From Chiloscyllium plagiosum (lineage: Eukaryota): DNA of 56,863 nt. The notes under the pieces were generated by a model. The model did no database searches. It was not told where the DNA came from and was given only the letters and a program-made list of their open reading frames with translations. Every line of letters starts with the position of its first letter. Positions within the stretch are counted from its first letter, which is position 1. The DNA is taken from contig NC_057750.1 in NCBI RefSeq assembly GCF_004010195.1, forward strand, positions 1,607,032 through 1,663,894, given 5' to 3'. This document shows, piece by piece, positions 49,650 to 56,863 of the stretch. The position numbers were made by a program, and so were the translations under genes.

Positions 49650-50205
49650 TAGAATTCCTACAGCATGGAAACAGGTCCTTCAGTCCAACAAGTCCATACT
49701 GACCCTCCAAAGAGTAACCCAGCCAGGCCCATTCCCCTACCCTATATTTACCCCTGACTAATGCACCTAACACTAGGTGCCTGATGAGGGGTGCCTGCCC
49801 GAAATGTCAATTCTCCTGCTCCTCGGATGCTGCCTGACCTGTTGTGCTTTTCCAGCACCACTTTAATCTTGACTCTAATCTGCAACATCTGCAGTCCTCA
49901 CTTTCACCACATAACACTACGGTTGAATTAGCATTGCCAATTCACCTAACCTGAAAAATGTGTTGCTGGAAAAACACAGCAGGTCAGGCAGCATCCAAGG
50001 AGCAGGAGAATTGATGTTTCAGGCATAAGCCCTTCTTCAGGAATTCACCTAACCTGCACATCTTTGGATTGTGAGAGGAAACCGGAGCACACCCACACAG
50101 AGAATGTGCAAACTCCACACATACAATCACCCGAGACTGGAATTGAACCCGGGTCCCTGGCGCTGTGAGGCAGCAGTGCTAACCACTGAGCCACTGTGCT
50201 GCCCC
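49650..50205 (-). mobile_element. HE1 SINE interrupted by two family-A Penelope-like half elements (about 49780-49910 plus; about 49953-50042 minus)
   Basis: aattcacctaacctg duplicated around the second insert; hammerhead-like cores in both inserts. Confidence 0.8.
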
Positions 50206-50419
50206 AAATATCCTGAGAAATTTCAGCTGCCAGACAAATCCTGATTTGGGCTGTTTTCTGGGCGGAGGGTTTTACATAACACAATAGACTCTTTATTTCC
50301 CCCACTCTCCTCAACAATCCCTTCCCTCCGCCCCCCCCCCCCCAGACCTCTGCTCACCCCCCCCTCCAATCTTCCTACCCCTCTGCTCCCCTCTCCACCT
50401 CTGGAGAAGTATTGGGACC

Positions 50420-50782
50420 TTATCGAGGTTTATAACCTCATGAGGGGCACAGTTAAACTGAATGGCATGGGTCTTTTCCCTGGGGTGGGGGAGTTCAAAA
50501 CTTAGGGCATTGTTTTAAGGTGAGAGGAGAAAGATTTAAAAAGGACCTGAGGGGCAACAGTTTTACACAGAGGGTGGTTTGTGTGTGGAAAGAACTTCCT
50601 GAGAAAGTGGTAGATGTGGGTACAGTTACGTTTATAAGATATTTGGATAAGGACATGAATAGGAAATGTTTGGAAGGATATGGGCCAGGAGCAGGCAGGT
50701 GGGACTAGTTTGGTTTGGCAGCATGGTCAGCATGGACTGGTTGGGCCGAAGGGTCTCTTTCTGTGCTGTATGACTCCATAAC
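50420..50782 (+). mobile_element. CR1 3' end
   Basis: RGERFKKDLRGNSFTQRVVCVWKELPE. Confidence 0.88.
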
Positions 50783-51404
50783 TGCAAACAGGAGCTGGAC
50801 CATCTCCCCTCCCACCTCCATCCCAACGTCCTCTTCCTGCCGGCCATCTCTAATCCTGTTTGGATCTGCTCCCACATCCCGAGGATTACTCATCGACAAT
50901 GCAGAGACTATTGACAATTTCTTGCTGATTAATGCAAAGTGAGAAACCTCAGAAATAACTCTCTGTGTTCAATGATGAACTCTCATCCTGCATTCTATTT
51001 GTGGTCACTCACCTCAGGGTGCAAGGGCTGGGGAATATCAGCAGCTCCTCTCTCGGGCCTGACCCTCCTCCAGTGGCTCCGTCCGATTGAACCCTGAGCT
51101 GTGCCCATCAGAGAAATGAGTGACCTGACAACGTGCCCAGTACCAGAGGCTGTGAGTGATAGGGAGGGAATCACTGAGTGCCCAGTCCTGAATGGGGTGG
51201 AAGACAGTGCTGGGTCAGCTGTGATGGCTTCACAAGTAGAATAACTTGCAATGCTTCAGACTCCGACACAGAGCAGTTGGTGGATGAAAGCATGAAGCTT
51301 CCTGTTACTGAAGAAACCCAGATATCACCATCAGCTAGGCCTTGCAGGTAAAGCTGGATCAAACAAAGACAGAGAGAGAGAGAAAATGAGGGGAACACAG
51401 AAGT

Positions 51405-51625
51405 CACGATGTGGAGGGGCCAGTGTTGGACTGGGGTGGACAAAATTAAATATCACCCAACACCAGGTTATAGTCCAACAGGTTTATTTGGAAGCACCTC
51501 TGCTCCTTCATCAGGAGGTTCATCAGGATACTCCACAACCACCTGATGAAGGAGCGTCGCTCTGAAAGCTACTGCTTCCAAATAAACCTGTTGGACTATA
51601 ATCTGATGTTGTGTGGTTTTTAACA
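51405..51625. mobile_element. Fold-back Penelope-like short element (family B)
   Basis: Inverted arms; CTGATGA-A-GGAGC-GTC-GCTCT-GAAA-GCTA at 51543-51571. Confidence 0.8.
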
Positions 51626-51828
51626 ATAAGGGAGATGATGGAGAGAGAGAGCGAGAAACAGAGGAGAAGAGAGAAAAAGGGAGAGACTGAGAGGCATAGA
51701 TTAACCCTGAGAGAATTGGCCATCAACTGATAAGGTTGCTTCGGATGAGGAAGGCCCTTGGGACTATGTGTCTTTATCCAACATTGACCTTCCTTCCGGT
51801 TCACCAAATACTTGTTTTTTTTCAACAG

Positions 51829-51905
51829 ATTTGAATCTCCTGGAGTCAGCCAGCCTTCCTCTCACATCATTCCAACTCGAATTCTGAAATTCAAACTCAC
51901 AAAGG
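51829..51905 (+). CDS. Candidate exon (FESPGVSQPSSHIIPTRILKFKLTK)
   Basis: Strong acceptor cttgttttttttcaacAG; donor AGG|GTGGGC; phase 2 to 1. Confidence 0.3.
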
Positions 51906-52664
51906 GTGGGCTTTAGCTGGAAGCTGGGGGCAGACTCATGGTCCCCTGGTTTGTGGAACAGGAATATCAGAGAGTGCGGTGGATTAATTATTCAGCTGGA
52001 GTGGATTCATTTATACAACTGCTCACACCCCAGATATGTGGAAGAATATTCACAGTACATTCAGTTGTGTCTGAATTTATGTAAACATTGACTCAAACAA
52101 TAATACCTTATTACTTGTTAAAATTTATGAGTGCTGATATGACACAGAAATGAATTATACATATTTCTTTAAATAAATTATGCCTTTTAAGATGTGAAAG
52201 GAACTTATCTGTCAGAACACTTGTTGAGGTAATCGTGGTGCAATTAACTGACAGTTAGGGCCAGGTGCGATCTGGGTACCAGCTGTCTCTGGACAGGCTC
52301 CACCAATGGCTGCTCCACAATGAATCTTCAAAAGGAGCATCTTCACATCAGGAACGTGCCCACATCACTCAGTGATTCTCATTGGCTGCTTATTGTCAGC
52401 TGAGCTAACATCTGGAGCTATCAGAGAGAGTGATGATGAAATGGAGCCAAACTGCTAGTGACATGATTATGTCAGAGAGCCCGAAATGGGGAGAGGGACA
52501 AAGAGGGGGGTGGGAGAGAGAGTAAGAGAATAGAAATTGGAGCCGCTACCCTGTTGAGACGCAGACAGGCTCGGGACAGGAGTAGAGAGTGGAGAGAGGA
52601 GGAGAACCTCTTCAAGGTAGGCATCCTTGCAAGACGATTCACAGTAAGGTTAAAATCAATGAGG

Positions 52665-52868
52665 TAAAAGTGAGGTCTGCAGATGCTGGAAACCAGAGTT
52701 TAGATCAGAGTGGTGCTGGAAAAGCACAGCAGGTCAGGAATCCTGATGAAGGGCTCCTGCCCGAAACGTCGATTTTCCTGCTCCTCGGATGCTGCCTGAC
52801 CTGCCGTGCTTTTCCAGCACCACTCTGATATAAACTCTGGTTTCCAGCATCTGCAGTCCTCACTTTTG
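52665..52868. mobile_element. Fold-back Penelope-like short element (family A), about 70-bp inverted arms
   Basis: aaaagtgagg...gcaggtcagg / cctgacctgc...cctcactttt. Confidence 0.85.
52737..52780 (+). ncRNA. Minimal type I hammerhead ribozyme motif
   Basis: Stem I GGAATC/GATTTT; CTGATGA 52743-49; stem II GGGC-TCCT-GCCC; GAAA; palindromic ACGT; predicted cleavage after GUC at 52770. Confidence 0.65.
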
Positions 52869-53830
52869 CCTAGGAACAGGAGCAGGCATTCAGCCCTTTG
52901 AGCCTGTTCCACCATTCAATATGACATGGAACATAGAACATAGAACATAGAAGAATACAACGCAGTACAGGCCCTTCGGCCCTCGATGTTGCGCCAATCC
53001 AAGCCCACCTAACCTGCACTAGCCCACTATCCTTCATATGACCATGGCTGATCATCCAACTCAATACCCTGTTCACACCTCCCCCCCCCCCCCCAATACC
53101 CTTTCATCTCATTTACCCCAAGAATAATGCAGAAGTCACCATCGTCTGACTGCACTGTACAGCTACTCTCTCATTAAAGACAAATAAATAGAGGTGCTTT
53201 AACCTGAGGGTCACCACAGCTCAGGTGAGGGGAGGGATTGAGAATGAGAATTCTCTCAGTCTACTCCCAGGTGGAGGCAGGAGTTGAGGCCATGCTGTGG
53301 GTGTCACTCTGCATTGGCAACCACTGTCCACCCCTCTGAGCTCATGGACCCCCAGCTCCTTCCTGAAAATGTTCAATCGAGTTGGCTTCAAACACTTCCC
53401 ATGGCAGAAAATTCCACAGGCTCCATGGATGAGGACATTTCTTCTCCTCTCAGTCTAAAATGGCCGACCCTAGATCCTTAGACTGTAACTCTTGATTCTG
53501 CATTCCCTTCTCATCAGGAACATCCTTCCTGCATCTACCCTGTCCAGGAACACCCTGTCCAGGAACACCCTGTCCAGGAACACCCTTCCTGCATCTACCC
53601 GGTCCAGGCATATTAGAATTTTATGGGTTTCTTGGAAGATCCCCCTCATTCTCCGCAACCCATTGAATACAGACTCCTAACTGATCTAGTGGCTCTTCAG
53701 ACATCAGTCCCTCCATCCCAAGTATCAGTCTCATTCTTGCTCACCTCAACTCTCTGTTATTGTGCCTCAGTCAAAAGCACATTGTAAAAGAGGTATTTCT
53801 CTCCTGCACAGTCAATGTTCTGTTTCCCAG

Positions 53831-54150
53831 AGCTTGGGATGGAAGGGTTTGGTGAAAGGGATTTTGAGCTAACTGAGGATATGGAGATGGACACAAATTG
53901 CTGTCCATTGCTTCTTCAGCTGTGTGTCAAAGAGCCTCCCGGTGATGGATCAGAGATCAGGACTCCACATTATTCATCCCCAACTGAAGACATCCCATCA
54001 GACATTGGTGTGGACTCCCACAACAAGCCCCAGACTCTGTCTGTCATACCCTGGATTTGGGGTGGAGACGGTGATCCAACAATGCAGCCCTTGCTGGGAA
54101 CCATGTCCATGGCAACATTCAGCATAAACAGCTCAGTAGCTTGGCTGTGA
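53831..54150 (+). CDS. Candidate terminal exon (ELGMEGFGERDFELTEDMEMD...SSVAWL*)
   Basis: Acceptor tgttctgtttcccAG; about 105 open codons of non-repeat sequence; phase-1 compatible with 51829-51905. Confidence 0.3.
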
Positions 54151-54170
54151 TGTCCTCAGGCATTGACATG

Positions 54171-56863
54171 GTAGGAAAGGGACCAGACAGACAGTGCAGA
54201 GATCCCCTGTGGACATTCCGCTCAGCAATAAGTATATCGTTTTGGATACTGCTGGGGGGGGATGACCTACCAGAGGAAAGCCATAGTGGTCAGTTCTCTG
54301 GCACTGAGCCTGACACTGTGGCCCAGAAGGGAAGGGGGCAGAATAGAAAAGCGCTAGTGGTAGGAGACTCGATTGTTAAGAGAATTGACAGGAGATTTTG
54401 TGGTCAGGATCGGGATTCCTGGAAGGCTTGTTGCCTCCCTGGTGCCAGGGTCCGGGACGTCTCCGATCGGGCGTATAAGATTCTGGAAGGGGAGGGCGAA
54501 CAGCCAGGAATCGTGTTACATATTGGCACCAATGATATAGCCAGGAAAAGGATCGAGGATATAAAAAGTGATTTCAGGGAGTTAAGATGGAAGCTGCAGA
54601 GCAGGACGAACAGGGTAGTGTTCTTGGGTTTACTACCAGTGCCACGAGATAGCGAGGCGAGGAACAGGGAGCTGGCGCAGCTTAACATGAGGATGCGCAG
54701 CTGGTGTAGGAGGGAGGGCTTCAGATATGTAGATAATTGGGATGCCTTCTAGGGAAGGTGGGACCTGTACATGAAGGACGGGTTGCACCTGAACTGGAAG
54801 GGGACCAATGTCCTGGGTGGAAGGTTTGCTCGAGTAGTTCGAGAGGGTTTAAACTAGTATGGCAGGGGGGTGGGAACCTGAACTGTATACCGGAGGTGAG
54901 AGTTAATGCAGATGAGGCAATAGCAAGAGATAGACCAGCTAGTGGGAAGGATTTTCCTGGGAAGGAACCAAGGGATCAGTTAAAGTGTGTTTGCTTTAAC
55001 GCAAGGAGTATCAGGAATAAAAGTGATGANNNNNNNNNNNNNNNNNNNNNNNNNNNNNNNNNNNNNNNNNNNNNNNNNNNNNNNNNNNNNNNNNNNNNNN
55101 NNNNNNNNNNNNNNNNNNNNNNNNNNNNNNNNNNNNNNNNNNNNNNNNNNNNNNNNNNNNNNNNNNNNNNNNNNNNNNNNNNNNNNNNNNNNNNNNNNNN
55201 NNNNNNNNNNNNNNNNNNNNNNNNNNNNNNNNNNNNNNNNNNNNNNNNNNNNNNNNNNTGCTCGGCAATGAGCCGGGGCAGGTGTCAGAGCATTTTGGTG
55301 ATAGTGACTACAACTGCCTCACATTCTACATAGCTATGGAGAAGGAGAGAAGCAGGCACAATGGGAGGATATTTAATTGGGGAAAAGGAAACTATGATGC
55401 TATCAGACGTGAGTTGGGAAGCATGGACTGGGCGCAATTGTTCCATGGAAAGGGCACTATAGACATGTGGAGACTGTTTAAGGAACAGTTGTTGCGAGCG
55501 ATGCATAAATATGTCCCTCTGAGACAGGCAAGAAGGGGTAAGATAAAGGAACCTTGGATGACGAGCGTGTAGAAGCTTCTCGTCAAAAGAAAGAAGGCAG
55601 CTTACGTAAGGTGGAGGAAGCAAAGGCCTTGCTCAGCTCTACAGGATTACAGGCAGGCGAGGAAGAAGCTCAAAAATGGTCTGAGGAGAGCCAGGAGGGG
55701 GCACGAAAAAGGCTTGGCAGGAAGAATTAGGGAGAACACAAAGGCATTTAACACATAAATGAGGAATAAGAGAATGATCAAAGAAAGAGTAGGGCCGATC
55801 AGGAATAGCATAGGGAATTTGTGTGTGGAGTCTGAGGAGGTAGGGGAAGCTCTAAAGGAGTTTTTTGCTTCTGTCTTTACTAAAGAAAAGGACCTTGTAG
55901 TGAATGAAACCATTGAAGAGCAGGTGTGCATGCTGGAATGGAAAGAGATTGAGGAAGCTGATGTGCTGAAAATTTTGATAAACATTAAGATTGACAAGTC
56001 GCCAGGCCTAGACCAGATTTGTCCTCGGCTGCTTTGGGAAGTGAGAAATGCAATTGCTTTGCTGCTTGCAAAGATCTTTCATCCTAACTGTCCACCGGAG
56101 TCATACCTGAGGACTGGAGGAAGGCAAATGTAATTCCTCTCTTCAAGAAAGGAAATAGGGAAATCCCCGGCAATTACAGACCAGTAAGTCTCACGTCTGT
56201 CATCTGCAAGGTGTTAGAAAGGATTCTGAGGGATAGGATTTATGATCATCTGGAAGAGCATGGCTTGATTAAGTGCAGTCAGCACGGCTTTGTGAGGGGC
56301 AGGTCAGGCCTCACAAATTTTATTGAGTTCTTTGAGGATGTTACTAGATACGTTGATGAGGGTCGAGTGGTGGATGTGATGTATATGGACTTCAGAAAGG
56401 CATTTGACAATGTTCCCCATGGTAGGCTCGTTCAGAAGGTCAGGAGGAATGGGATACAGGGAAATTTACCTGTCTGGATACAGAATTGGCTGGTTGACAA
56501 AAGACAGCGAGTGGTAGTGGAAGGAAAGTATTCTGCCTGGAAGTCAGTGGTGAGTGGTGTTCTTGGGCCTCTACTCTTTGTAATTTTTATGAATGACGTG
56601 GATGAGGAGAATGAGGGATGGGTTACCAAGACGACACAAAGGTTGGAGGTGTCGTTGACAGTATAGAGGGCTGTTGTTGGCTGCAGCGGGACATTGACAG
56701 GATACAGAGATGGGCTGAGAGGTGGCAGATGGAGTTCAACCTGGATAAATGCAAAGTGATACATTTTGGAAGGTCGAACTTGAAAGTTGAATACAGGATT
56801 AAAGACAGGATTCTTGGCAGTGTGAAGGAACAGAGGGATCTTGGTGTGCAGGTACATAGATCC
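54171..56863 (+). mobile_element. Long decayed CR1/HER1 LINE: ORF1 SGNH esterase plus ORF2 endonuclease/reverse transcriptase (runs off window)
   Basis: ORF1 VVGDS...CLPGA...HIGTND...DGLH with a premature TAG at 54750-52; ORF2 CFNARSIRNK, GDSDY, QHGFVRGRS, YMDFRKAFD, GPLLF; stops, frameshifts and loss of the PQGS and FADD motifs. Confidence 0.95.

Noticed and set aside
52290..52420. Paired CCAAT boxes as a promoter
   Set aside because: No CpG island, TATA box or linked first exon; short motifs are expected by chance
54141..54752. Host SGNH hydrolase gene
   Set aside because: It is CR1 ORF1, directly followed by LINE ORF2 and carrying a premature stop

Overview
Eukaryotic, repeat-dominated DNA, almost certainly from a shark (elasmobranch). 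Many copies of the HE1 V-SINE and HER1/CR1-type LINE fragments are present. There are three assembly gaps (7513-7891, 39391-39567, 55030-55258). No intact, recognisable host gene was found. The long ORFs in the track are read-throughs of minisatellites or LINE remnants. Contents: a 2.7-kb decayed CR1 LINE (SGNH-esterase ORF1 plus endonuclease/RT ORF2), many CR1 3' fragments, about 13 HE1 copies, a Tx1/L1-clade 3' fragment with a perfect 19-bp TSD, a TA-flanked MITE, solo-LTR-like elements, a DeuSINE-like relic, six large tandem arrays and a degenerate telomere-like tract. The most interesting signals are four. (1) Three families of short fold-back, Penelope-like elements carry minimal hammerhead-ribozyme cores. 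(2) A ~51-copy 15-bp array is built of estrogen-response-element / NR5A-like sites. (3) A ~2-kb inverted duplication is centred on a gap. (4) Candidate plus-strand exons include two apparently paralogous 'I-x-x-N-D-L-S-x-T' exons. Repeat boundaries were read by eye and are approximate.
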